Shown piece by piece: positions 13,741 to 25,770 of a stretch of DNA of 64,000 nt. Under the pieces are notes generated by a model that saw only the letters and a program-made list of their open reading frames with translations, was not told the origin of the DNA and ran no database searches. Within the stretch, counting starts at the first letter, position 1; every line of letters begins with the position of its first letter. Source of the DNA: Octopus sinensis (taxonomy: Eukaryota); NCBI RefSeq assembly GCF_006345805.1, contig NC_043000.1, forward strand, positions 92,194,001-92,258,000, given 5' to 3'. Both the position numbers and the translations under genes were made by a program.

Positions 13741-14640
13741 GTGTATGTATATATATATATATACATATATATATATACATATATATATATACATACATAT
13801 AAACATATGTGTACATATTTACATATATGTGTGTTAGGGAGTTTGCTTGTGTGTGAATGTATTCATGTATAAATGTATTCATATATATATTATATATGCC
13901 TACATATGTATGTGTGTGTGTTACAGTATATGCACATACATACAAGCATAAATATATACATATGTACGTTCATACCTATTTATTACTTATTTGCTTATTG
14001 CTTATATGTGTGCTTATTGATAAACCAATGAATAAGATTTTCTATGAGAAGGCATCTTCTTAGCAAACTGGTGACATTTTTCCTGATATTCTAGACACTT
14101 CCGATTTACATTGTTAAATGCCATCAACAACTGCACTAATACTTGCTTAAGTGCACTCCAATATCTGCAGGCTTATTAAATATATATAATTTTTATCAAG
14201 ATGTTTTTTTCTACTTCATTTTTGAATTTTATTTTTGCAACTAATTAAAAATGTATGGATCTTCAGTTCAACGACATCTTCACTGAATGACCTTCAACTC
14301 ATCAGAATTTTTGGGTAGTTGCGCAACTCACTCTTCTCATCTAATGTGATGTATAAATAATTTGAGAATGAATATTGAATTTCTTCCTAGGAATCAATGT
14401 CTTTGATTTATAATTCCACCTATAGTCATATGGAGGTGTATTAGTGTTAGGTAAATTAACTTGCTTGCTATTTGTTAATGAAAAATTAGACAAAACCTAG
14501 AGCTGATACAATGAGTATATTAGATACCTGATGAGTGTTTTTCATTATCAAGTAATGTGACTTTAAAGGAAAAGTAATGCCTTACTGTGTCTATAATTTG
14601 ATCAGATATCCATATGAAAACAAGGTTATCCATAGTATAC

Positions 14641-14849
14641 TCTTTACTCTTTTACTTGTTTCAATCATTTGACTGTGGCCATGCTGGAGCACCGCCTTTA
14701 GTCAAGCAAATCAACCCCAGGACTTATTCCTTGTAAGCCTAGCACTTATTCTATCAGTCTCTTTTGCCAAACTGCTAAGTTACGGGGATGTAAGCACACC
14801 AGCATCAGTTGTTAAGCGATGTTAGGGGGACAAACACAGACACACACAC

Positions 14850-14880
<31 letters not shown>

Positions 14881-14921
14881 ATATATATATATATACATAT
14901 ATATGACGAGCTTCTTTCAGT
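14641..14921 (-). mobile_element. SINE family C, 3' portion
   Basis: CTTTTACTTGTTTCAATCATTTGACTG...GGAGCACCGCCTTTAGTC. Confidence 0.85.
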
Positions 14922-15313
14922 TTTTCTTCAACAGCTTATGGTTCAGCAAGTCATAGAATGTTTTAAGAAAGTTTATACAATCCATCTAATCAGGGTTAAT
15001 TTTGAAGTGACTTTGTTTAGTGATTTGATGTTAAAAGAGTTTTGGAGTAATCACTCCACAACTACAGATGCTAAATATAATATTTAATGCTGAAATCAAA
15101 GTGGTCTAGATGTAAAGTGAGGCTTGCCGTTTTCTTGAAGAGTATTGTCACCTAATCTTGTCTCTTCAATGGATTTTGAAATGTTTTGCATCAAGAGCTT
15201 ATTCTTGAGGAAATTGTATGTTTGTATATTTCTATGGACCAGGAGATGAATGAAGAAGACAACAAAACAAATGACTTAGTTAAAAAGCAAAGATTTTTTG
15301 CAAACAACTTGCA

Positions 15314-15732
15314 GAGGCATAGGAGTGGCTGTGTGGTAAGTAGCTTGCTTATGAACCACATGGTTCCGGGTTCAGTCCCACTGCATGGAACCTTGGGCAA
15401 GTGTCTTCTACTATAGCCTCAGGCTGACCAAAGCTTTCTGAATGGATTTGGTAGATGGAAACTGAAAGAGGCCTGTCGTATATATGTACATATGTATATG
15501 TGTATATATATATATATATATGTTTGTGTGTCTATATTTGTTTCCCCAACATCACTTGACAACTGATGTTGGTGTGTTTAAGTCCCTGTAACTTAGCTGT
15601 TCGGCAAAAGAGACCGATAGAATAAGTACTAGGCTTACAAAGAATAAGTCCTGGGGTCAATTTGCTCGACTAAAGGTGGTACTCCAGCATGGCCACAGTC
15701 AAATGACACTAACAACTAAAAGAGTAAAGAGT
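15314..15732 (+). mobile_element. SINE family C, full length
   Basis: Head, CCTTGGGCAAGT core, internal TA/TG microsatellite and AAAGAGT tail; TGCA occurs on both flanks (possible short TSD). Confidence 0.9.
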
Positions 15733-16264
15733 ATGCAAGTGCTACTAGTTGAAATCTCCGCTTACCAGATGCTAGCAAGTTTATTGGGTCATCAGGAGAG
15801 AATGCAAACAATGTAAATGGGAAAATGAACCATATCAGAGAAGCGCTGATTGAGTTTTTCCATGAGCTGAAAGACATTGTAAGCATGTATCAGCTTATTC
15901 TAAAGGATGCTGAACCATTTTAAAGGGGTGAACCATTACCTTTTTACAAGTGTTGTAATATTTTGTGAACTGTTCAAAAGAACAGGCTGCAACAATCTGG
16001 ATTATTTCTTTAAATCCTTCTACTTCTGTTATTATTTTCTTTGATACCAAATGATTCAGATGATTTTCTTGCTGCAGAAAGTAATTCTCATCAGAGATTT
16101 AGAAAAGATGGCCTGTCTTTCTGCACAATAATTTTCCTCTTCTTTAGCACAGTGCTGCCCTTCACTTTAGTTAAGCAGCTTGCCAAACTCAAGTCTTCTT
16201 TTATAGGATTTTCAATTGCTAATTTTTAATTTTTCATTCTTTGAATTTTTAATATGCTTTTTAA

Positions 16265-16781
16265 CCCCTTTGATACCATTTTTCTTTTGAGATACATTGC
16301 CTCTATTTCAATTAATTTTGATAATAATAATAAATTTAGTAAAATAACTTAGTTATTGTTAAGGTCATAAGAATTTATAAACTTCAAGAGAATATGCAAT
16401 AATTCTTTCTGGAATGTTGGATCTTGAAGCAGATAAGCTATAAATAAATAGCATGTAAATATTTGGTTTGAAGATGCTTTTGGATAAAAAATGTAGTAGG
16501 CTTCCCATGGTGCACAAGCCTATACCTCTTGTCAAAATAACTGGCTTCACAAACTGCCTTTGAATTTTTCTATATAAAAGGGATTTTAACCCAATATTGA
16601 CATTTTATTATTTATAGCTTTATCTACTTTGAGGTAAAATATCTTGGTTATTATTAAGCTTGTGATTGGAATATTAATTAATATGGAATTTTGGTGGCAG
16701 GTTTTCATAGAGATCAGCTTAAAACATAAGGTTTGTATCATAGAACCAACAGCAGCCTTAGGTGCGTTGATATCAGAAGGG
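16265..16781. mobile_element. piggyBac-like MITE carrying a 283-bp insertion
   Basis: TTAA|CCCCTTTGATAC...GATATCAGAAGGG|TTAA; related copies at ~33160-33340 and ~59870-60087. Confidence 0.7.
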
Positions 16782-17440
16782 TTAAAATATAATTATGTGT
16801 CCATAAGTATATGTGTAGTTACATGAAGACTAAATGTCATGTAGAATTACTTCCCTTTAAAGATATGTATCCAACTGAATGTTGAAACTAGCCATTAGTT
16901 TTATTAAATGACTGATTATTATTAAGTTTATGTATTTGTTTTGCTAGATTCTTGATGGGAAATTGTGTGTTGAAACAGGTTTTGTTTATTTATCAGAGTT
17001 CTTTCATCACACTCTGTTCTTCTCCATGTCTCCTCATGTCTTCTCTATTTCATTTTATCTTTTTGTGGAATGTATCTCTATCTGTTCATGCAGATATATA
17101 ACAATGTTATATACAAATTTATACATATGCATGCAAGATACACATATATAGATGCTAAACATATAGACACACACAGAGACACAGAAGCAAATGCATGTGA
17201 AAATAGAGATACATACCAAAGAAAGATAAGATGGAATGAACAGAACAAGGCCTAAGAGAAAAGGAGACACAGAGAAGAAGAACAGATAGTCATTGAAGGT
17301 TTCATAGAATGTGTGACAAAAGAACCCTGACATATAAACAATAGTTAATAATAATAAAGGTAAAGTGAAAAATCAAATAAATAGTGCATGTGTTTATTGG
17401 CAAAATGACCGTTCCTGAATATAACATTATTAATAACGAT

Positions 17441-17750
17441 AAACGTCGCTCTTTTCAAGACTAGCCAGGCTCATGGGCCAGGTTTCCCAGTTTCTGTGGT
17501 GTATGTGTTCCCCCCTGCTGGACGGGGTGCCAGTCCATCGCAGCGTTACTCAAGAAACAGGAAGAGAAAGTAAGAGAAAGTTGTGATGGAAGAGTACAAC
17601 AGGGGTCGCCACCACCCCCTGCTGGAGCCTCATGGGGCTTTTAGGTGTTTTCGCTCAATAAACACACACAACACCTGGTCTGGGAATCAAAACTACGATC
17701 CTCCGACTGTGAGTCCGCTGCCCTAACCACTGGGCCATTGCGCCTCCACA
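17441..17750 (-). mobile_element. SINE with family A head and V-domain-like segment
   Basis: Minus strand GCTGCGATGGACTGGCACCCCGTCCAG resembles the V-SINE central domain. Confidence 0.7.
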
Positions 17751-18199
17751 ACATTATTAATTATTATGATTATAATGTGTTGTTCAATATTTGCATATGA
17801 GGCTGTTTGGATGTGTGGTTCTGGAAATTGGGTTCAGCTCCACTGTATGGCACCTAGGACATATGTCATTTACTGTAGCCCCAGTTGACCAAAGTGCTGA
17901 GACTGAATTTAGTAGATGAGAACTGATATCATGTGATAGTTTTAAATGAGTGTCAGCATTATATAAGGCAAACAGAATCCTTCATTTCCCATCTTCTGTG
18001 AAAACATGTCTGGCCATGGGAAAATATTACCTTACTCAGAAACAAGTTAGGGTTGGTAACAGGAAGGGCATCCAGCCATACAAAATCTGCCTAAGCCATG
18101 TGAGCATGGCAATGTGGAGGTTAAAATGACAATGATAATGACAATAACGATGATGATGATTCATTAATATCATTTTAATGAATTACTTTCTTCAATTTG

Positions 18200-18600
18200 G
18201 ATCGTAGGGCAATCTGCTGTGTTTAAGGGGACCTATTGAGCCAAGTACATCAACATCAAAATAAAAATCAAATGAAAATTATAGTTGTGACACCTGTGCC
18301 AGTGGCACGTAAAATGCACCATCCAAACGTGGCCAATGCTAGTCCCACCTTGACTGGATTCCATGCCTGTGGCACGTAAAAAGCACCAACTGATCGTGAC
18401 CACTACTAGCATCCCCTGGCACCTGTGCCGGTGGCATGTAAAAAGCACCCACTACAATCATGCAGTGGTTGGCGTTAGGAAGGGCATCCAGCTGTAGAAA
18501 TACTGCCAGATCAGGTTGGAGACTGGTGCAGCCACCTGGCTTCCCAGACCCCAGCCGAGCTGTCCAACCCATGCTAGCATGGAAAACGGGATGATGATGA
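18200..18600 (+). mobile_element. Family D (RTE tail) copy
   Basis: Three GTGGCA(C/T)GTAAAA.GCACC units, GGAAGGGCATCCAGC motif and (GAT)n tail. Confidence 0.85.
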
Positions 18601-19399
18601 ATTTATACATATTATTTTGGATATTTACTATTTAGTACCACATATCTATATATTATATAAATGTTTATTCTAATATCTGTTAGCTTTTAAATTTTGCATC
18701 TTCATAGGAAGGAGATCACTTAGTTGACATGTAGATTATCCATTTATTAATGTAGTCTCTCTGTTCATTTATGTTCCTAATTTATTATCTTATTAAACAG
18801 CTACAAAATAGCTTTTATTACATAGGTTTAAGTATTTATTGATAATTTGCATTATATTCATTTTTAAAAACACATTTGGGATGCAAGTCATTATGCCTTG
18901 ATTGTAATTTTGGAACCAATTATCCTTAAATTTGTGTATGTATGAGTGTACGGGCATGCGTGTGTGTATTTGTTATATGTACATATGTGTGTGTATGTAC
19001 ATACACACACCCAACTATAAATAGGCATATATATAATGTATATGTATGTAGGTATGTATATGTATATATATATATATATATATATACTAAAATAATGAGG
19101 GTAGAAATTGATATCATTCAATTAACATCAATTTAAACCTGTAGTCTAGCATATTAAAAAAAAAATCCAAAGATTTAAAAATTTGAAGATTCCCAAATTG
19201 TAATATAATTTTAAAATTGTAATTGTAATATATATATATATATATATATATAAATTGATGTAGTAATAAATGAGATTCTGGAAAATCTTGGTTTGTTAAT
19301 GAATTGAATATGTACGTGTGTACTGTATACATGTGCGAGCCTAAAAATATGAAGGTATATGTGTACAGAAGTACACACACACATATATATATATATATA

Positions 19400-19574
19400 C
19401 TTTATTGAAAAGCAGCAAAAATTATATCACAAAAACTGTTACTCAGAGTTTCACGTTCCCGTTCATTGGATAGTTTTGTTTAGAATGGCCCATTCGAAAC
19501 AAAACTCTCTAATGAACGGGAGCGTGAAACTCTAACAGTTTTTGTGATAAAGTTTTTGCTGCTTTTCAATAAAG
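19400..19574. repeat. 175-bp near-perfect palindrome; each arm holds a decayed hammerhead motif (PLE-like inverted terminus)
   Basis: Arms CTTTATTGAAAAGCAGC... and ...GCTGCTTTTCAATAAAG meet at a GCC loop; arm motif is C(C/T)AATGA-ACG-GGAR-CGT-GAAA-CTC(TGAG)-TA. Confidence 0.8.
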
Positions 19575-19605
19575 CATATTACTCTACCTCTGGTATTCAA
19601 GTATT

Positions 19606-21157
19606 CTCTATTCTTCCAATTCTGTCTTGACAATGGTGTTACTCCAGAACAGTGGAAAACTGTCAGTGTCATCCCTCTGTTCAAAAAAGGCGACCACACA
19701 TCGCCTGTCAACTATCGCCCCGTCAGTCTTACTAGCTGCATCGCCAAACTGATGGAATCCTGTATCAGAGAAACCCTCTGGAACTTCTGGAAGTCTCACA
19801 GCCTCATCCAGCCGTCACAATTCGGATTTATTCCTAACTCCAGCTGCTGTAATCAACTCATCGAGTTTCTTGAGGACGTTACCCAAATCACTGATCGCGG
19901 ATCCTGGGTGGATGTTGTTTACCTGGACTTTGCTAAGGCTTTTAACTCTGTTCCACACAAAAGACTTATGGTGAAGCTTTCTGCGTTGGGTGTAAGAGAC
20001 GAACTCTATAACTGATTGAAGTCCTTTATTTTCAGCCAAAAAGAGGTTGTCACAGTTCTAGGACAGCACTCTTCGCCCTATGAGATGACATCTGGTGTAC
20101 CACAGGGATCTGTTCTTGGCCCCCTTTTATTTGTTGCATATGTTAATGATATAGATGCCAACTTAAAGAATGCCACAGTGCTGAAATATGCAGATGACAT
20201 CAAGCTGTACCTCGAAATAAAGAGGTCAAATCCTGTACACTATAGATCTCTATTGCAAGCAGACCTGGACACATTGCAGCAGTGGATCATGGACTGGCAA
20301 CTCAAGCTGGCTGTGGACAAATGTACCACCATGCATTTTGGGAGGAGAAACCCAGCGTCCACCTACTCCCTCCACAACACTAGTCTCAAAAAGTCTTCAT
20401 GTGAATGTGACCTGGGTGTTATTGTCGACAGTGATTTGCGTTGGACAAAACACATCGCTAAAATTGTCAAGAAGGCTGAGGGTGTCTTGGCATCACTCAC
20501 CAAATCCTTTGTGAGCCGCTCTCCAGCTATCTATCTGCGGCTTTATATAGCTATGGTAAGACCTCACCTGGAATTTGCATCACCGGTCTGGAACCCCTAT
20601 CTTGCCCAGGATATCAATCATCTGGAAGCCGTTCAGTGACGTGCAACCAAAAGAATACCCCCATCAGGCATTTGCCATATCCTGAATGCCTTACTTCCCT
20701 GGGCATGGACACATTGAAACTCCGACGTCTGGCAGCTGACTTGGCAGACACCCATAAAATTATCAACCATCGTACAAACAATAACTCTGAGCACCTTTTC
20801 AAACTCCACCCATCTAACACCCGTGGACATATTTACAAAGTAAGAAAACAGCACAGCTCCCATGACTTCAGGAAACATTTTTTCACGCTGAGAGTTGCTG
20901 AAGCATGGAACAAACTGCCGGCATCAGTTGTTAGTTGTCGGAGCACTGCATCCTTCAAAACTTCCATGCTTCCCAAGATTCGCCAACACTACACTTGATT
21001 TTCTCCCCTCCATACACACACAAGCATGTATCTGACTCATACATTGTTCGCTTTCCAGACATTTCTACATTACTGCATGTACTTTATATGCACTTTCTGA
21101 CAAGTTGTGGTGCACCTGAGCACTGTATACAATAATTTCATTATTTATTTATTATTT
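19606..21157 (+). mobile_element. 5'-truncated CR1-group LINE with a nearly intact RT domain
   Basis: NYRPVSLTS, QFGF, YLDFAKAFNSVPH, SGVPQGSVLGPLLF and YADDIKLY lie in one frame with two TGA stops (~20013, ~20637); ATT-rich tail; imperfect TSD AAGTA(T/C)T at 19599 and 21158. Confidence 0.95.
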
Positions 21158-21203
21158 AAGTACTATTTTCTCCACTTTGGTTCGCCTTTATGTGCTTACT
21201 CCA

Positions 21204-21253
<50 letters not shown>

Positions 21254-21355
21254 TCGGGGTGAGTACTTGATAATTATAAGCACCTGTGTATACCGTTTGG
21301 TGGTGTAGGTGGTGGAGTAAATTGATCAAAATAAAAACATGATGCCAAGGATTCA

Positions 21356-21433
21356 GCGGTACATATGTTTCGGGCCTTTATTAGACAGATTTATAACAAT
21401 GCATAATGTTTGTCTGTGGCCTTCTTCAGCCGC
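21356..21433 (-). ncRNA. Type I hammerhead ribozyme motif
   Basis: GCGG-CTGAAGA-a-GGCC...GGCC-c-GAAA-C-ATAT-G-TA-CCGC: intact core, GUA cleavage triplet, palindromic ATAT loop in a minimal stem III. Confidence 0.7.
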
Positions 21434-23232
21434 GCACAACAGCTTCCACAAGGACATGTGTTACATCAAAAATTCTTGGTTGGGGATGCAAATCCTCTCA
21501 TTCGCGTACGACATAATGCGGCAACAGCATAGAATTGAAGCGTCCATCTCTTTCTTCTCTCAATGTAGAATGAGGAAATTTGGATGTTGAAGTAATGTAA
21601 ATAAATAAATACATATATAGACGTGAAGATGGAGGGGCGAGAATTCAGGACGAGGGATAAAAAATGTATGTATAAAAAGTGTAAGTATAGAAAAATATAA
21701 AAATGTAGAGTATAAAGATATAAAGGGATATAAGGAGATGTAAAGGGGGTATAAAGAATATAAAGAAATATAAATGAATGTAAAGGCATAAGGTTATAAA
21801 GTAAAGATAGAAATAGAAATAAAAGTAAAAAGTAAAAAAATAAAAATAGGAATAAACATGATAAAAATGTAAAAATATATAAAAAAATATAAAGATAAGG
21901 GATGTATAGAGGTTACGGACCAAACATGGTGGTCAGGAGATTGATAAAGTTTAGTTGTAGAAGTTGTCTGGGGACTTAGTGTGTTGTAAGTCAGAGCTGT
22001 TGAGCGTTTAATCTAGTTCTTTGAATTAATTGGTCATCTTGTACATACATACCATCATGGATACATACGCCCATATACACGCGCACATATATGCGCGCAT
22101 ACACGGCTCCAAGCCTATAAGCATACACACGCACTCACGTGTAAACATGTACATAAACACACATACACCCACACGCACGTACATATACATACATACAACA
22201 GAATATCCGCATGTATACACGGACATTATACGTGTACACACCCACATATACATACGTGCGTCCATCCTTACATACACATACACATATGCCCACGCTTCCA
22301 GGTTTAGATATAGGATATTAAAGGATGTATATAAGAACGTATGTAAAGAATCATGCACTCACGTCCACACGTGCACGCACACATGGCTGTGTGTCCATAT
22401 GTGCGTGCACATATACACTTGCATACACACACAGAGACATACGCGCATATGGGTATAGCTATAAGATATTAAAAGATGTATACAAATAGGTGTAAACATA
22501 TGAGTATAAGAAAACATGTAAAAAAATGTAAAGAAATACGGGGTATGCACATACAGACGTAGATGTTTACTCGTACATATGTACACATATGTATACGTAT
22601 ACATACGTACACGGACGCTCGTATAATCATAAAGCGGATCCATAGGTAAGTAAATAAGGGATAAGCAAAAAAAATAGACATATATAGAGGTATAAAGCGA
22701 TAAGTTAGGGGTAAGAATGAGGGTAAGAGTAAAAATTAGAAGTAAAAGTAAGAAATACAATATAAAATAAGAAATACAATGTAAAAGTTAGAAATGAAAT
22801 ATAAAAATTATAAAAATTATAAGAATTAAGATAAGGGATGAAAATAAAAATGAGAATAAAGGTAAAGCGAAGTAGAATAGGATAAAGCAAAATAAAAGTA
22901 AAAATAAAAATAGAATAAAATAAAAATATAATCTGGTAAAGTTTAACATGAGATGAAGGTGGTTGAAAGTTAGAGGTGTGTGTTAAAGGTTCCCACGTAG
23001 GGGCGGGCGGGGGGAACTGAAAATTGGAAGGGTGGGAAGTGGAGTTTGGCGGTGTGCATTCAACATCTGAGTTAGAAATGTGAAAGGGTGTAGATATAGG
23101 GAAATAAAGAGACTATATAGGAAGGATATGGGTGTAGGAGAAGAAATATGTAGGGAAAAAAGACATATATGGGAGACAAAATGTGCATATATAGGAGGAA
23201 AATGCAGGGAAACATATATGCACATACACACG

Positions 23233-23288
<56 letters not shown>

Positions 23289-23485
23289 CATATACATACA
23301 CACACATGCACATACATATATATATACGCACACATATACGCATATACACGCACATATAGAGAAGAAAGAGATGGACGCTTCAATTCTATGCTGTTGCCGC
23401 ATTATGTCGTACGCGAATGAGAGGATTTGCATCCCCAACCAAGAATTTTTGATGTAACACATGTCCTTGTGGAAGCTGTTGCGCA

Positions 23486-23561
23486 CGGCTGAAGAAGGCC
23501 ACAGACATACATTATGCATTGTTATAAATCTGTCTAATAAAGGCCCGAAACATATGTACCG
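23486..23561 (+). ncRNA. Type I hammerhead ribozyme motif (inverted twin)
   Basis: CGG-CTGAAGA-a-GGCC...GGCC-c-GAAA-C-ATAT-G-TA-CCG; predicted cleavage after 23558. Confidence 0.7.
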
Positions 23562-23595
23562 CTGAATCCTTGGCATCATGTTTTTATTTTGATCA

Positions 23596-23629
<34 letters not shown>

Positions 23630-23699
23630 TATACACACATATATATACATATATATATATATATATACCTTCATACACATCCAATCCATTAACAAACCA

Positions 23700-24050
23700 A
23701 GATTTTCGAGGAAAACACTTGATAAAGTAAATCTACAGATTAAAGTAGTAGAAAGGCTAGGAACCCCCATAAAATCCCTAATCTGTAGAAGAAAGCCATT
23801 CAAAAGGACCCTGTGTATGAAGAACAATTGTATAGCATGTAGGATGAGCCCAAAGATTAACTGTAATATTAGAAATGTTGTCTATAGTATGCAGTGTACT
23901 GAGGGATGGTACAGAAACAAAAACAACACAACAAATTACATTGAGGAGACAGCACATAGCATAGGAGAAAAGCTTGTCAGTGCTCTACCAACATGCTCAA
24001 TTAATAGAGGCTCAGTTAATAACAAAGAACAGGCACAACACTAAGATTGA
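23700..24050 (+). mobile_element. Penelope-like GIY-YIG endonuclease remnant
   Basis: KVVERLG...C..NNCIAC...NCNIRNVVYSMQC...NYIEETAHSIGE matches the VVY/YIGET pattern with a Cys-rich linker. Confidence 0.8.
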
Positions 24051-24795
24051 TTGCAAAGGCCATACATATAGTAATAGACAGATCGAGCCTCAACAGAAAA
24101 TACAAATGGAACAATAGCTGCCCGCCTAAACATTACACAACATAATGACTAGAGACAGAATGAGAGAAGCAAGGACACATGTACAAACAGTATAATGCGT
24201 AAACACGTATACACACACACAAAAGGCACACATACACACTCCTGAGATGTAATGAGGGATAACAGATAAGTACATAAATGAAAAAAAAAACTGAAGGACA
24301 TAGAACATGCACTATAGTAAGCAAACCCATACACACAGAATACACATGCAAAACACAAGATATAGACATGTGTGCACACACACACAGATACAGCTGCAAG
24401 CACACGTACAGATTACGATATGCACCATAGAAAGCCGAATGGACTAAACAGAGCAGTTGCCATGTAGAATGCAAAGTTGCTAAAGAAGGATACGATGTAT
24501 GATGAAAGATTTTGAGACAATGGACAATAAAGTAAGGAAAATAAAGTATCTGAAGTGATGAACAAATATAGTGTGTTTATTCGGAAAAACAATAATGACC
24601 ATTCTGAAATATAACAATATCTATCTATCTATCTATCTTATTTCTTTACTGCCCACAAGGGGCTACACACAGAGGGGACAAACAAGGACAGACAAACAGA
24701 TTAAGTCGATTATATTGACCTCAGTGCATAATTGGTACTTATTTAATTGATCCCGAAAGGATGAAACGCAAAGTCACTATCTATCAATCTATATG

Positions 24796-24834
<39 letters not shown>

Positions 24835-24895
24835 AGATATCCATGTATATATGTATGAATGTTTGTATATGTGTGTATATATATACATACATATA

Positions 24896-25770
24896 CGTGG
24901 TTTGATCAATAAGTATCCGGACTGTTGTTATAGTAACGAAGCTAAAGCATGCAGAATAAAGCTGCTTGGCATAGAACTGACCATGAACTCTGTTGTGCAT
25001 GTGCAGTAAGATTTAACATTCTACCTCACTTCTGCTGCTTACAGCAGTGCTTGGAAGGAAGGTGTGTAGCATGTGACCGTTGCATTAACAATGACAGAGA
25101 AAGATGAGCAGAGAATTTGCATCAAATTTTGCCAAAAGCTTGGCAATAACTGCTCAGAGGCCTACAAAATGTTTTCAAAGAGTTTTCCTTGTTCTCAACA
25201 CAATCAAGGAGATCTTATGAAACTGAAACCTGAGTGTCTGTTTGGTGACCTGAAGGCAGTTTTGGCACAAACTTGGCAGACATGTCTCTCGTATACAAAT
25301 CTTCAGTGATAATGGGTTGAACTAAACTGTAACTAATCTACACATCCTGTGATAACTCACAGATGGGGATTCAACGATTTCCCCACACAGCTACATGCAC
25401 ATCTGCGATGTTTTTCTAAGTTCTGCTGGTTTCGTGTCTCCCAGAACATTCGTCAATATCAAAATTTTTCTGCCATCTTGGAAACGTCTGAACCACTTGT
25501 ACATTTGTGTGTGGCTCATACACTCCACTCTATACACTTTCTGCAGCTTTGCATAGGCTTCTAAGCAGGTATCACCATAACAACTTTCTGTGTCATGGTC
25601 AATGCGATGATCACATGCTACACACCTTCCTTCCAAGCACTGCTGTAAACAGCAGAATTGAGCTAGAACATTAAAACTTAATGTGCATGCACAGCAAAGT
25701 GAAGCCACTTGGCAAAGATTGACCTTGAACTCTGCTGTACATACACACTAAGTTTTAATGTTCTAGCTTG
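24896..25770. mobile_element. Rearranged mariner derivative with two inverted 5' ends
   Basis: Plus strand MTEKDEQRICIKFCQKLG; minus strand EAYAKLQKVY..MSHTQMYKWFRRFQDGR and SAKFVPKL; TA|CGTGGTTTGATCAATAAGT terminus. Confidence 0.8.

Larger units (their letters stand above)
14050..16250. pseudogene. Decayed coding-like island, candidate endogenous bunyavirus-like L (RdRp) fragments, interrupted by two SINE C copies
   Basis: High-complexity sequence with broken ORFs. Plus strand: EYIRYLMS/FSLSSNVTLKEK, ELILEE..KKQRFF. Minus strand: LTKVKGST, RKSSES, FKMVQH. The resemblance is from memory only. Confidence 0.3.
21321..23597. mobile_element. Non-autonomous Penelope-like element with ~240-bp inverted terminal repeats
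   Basis: 21321-21560 is the reverse complement of 23358-23597 (about 3 differences by eye); the interior is strand-biased low-complexity sequence. Confidence 0.7.

Noticed and set aside
14270-14310. CTGATGA with a stem II on the minus strand
   Set aside because: GAAG replaces GAAA and there is no stem I.
21339-21590. Duplicated ORF MMPRIQRYICFG (also within 22983-23684)
   Set aside because: It is the antisense reading of the hammerhead-bearing inverted repeat; no recognisable protein motif.
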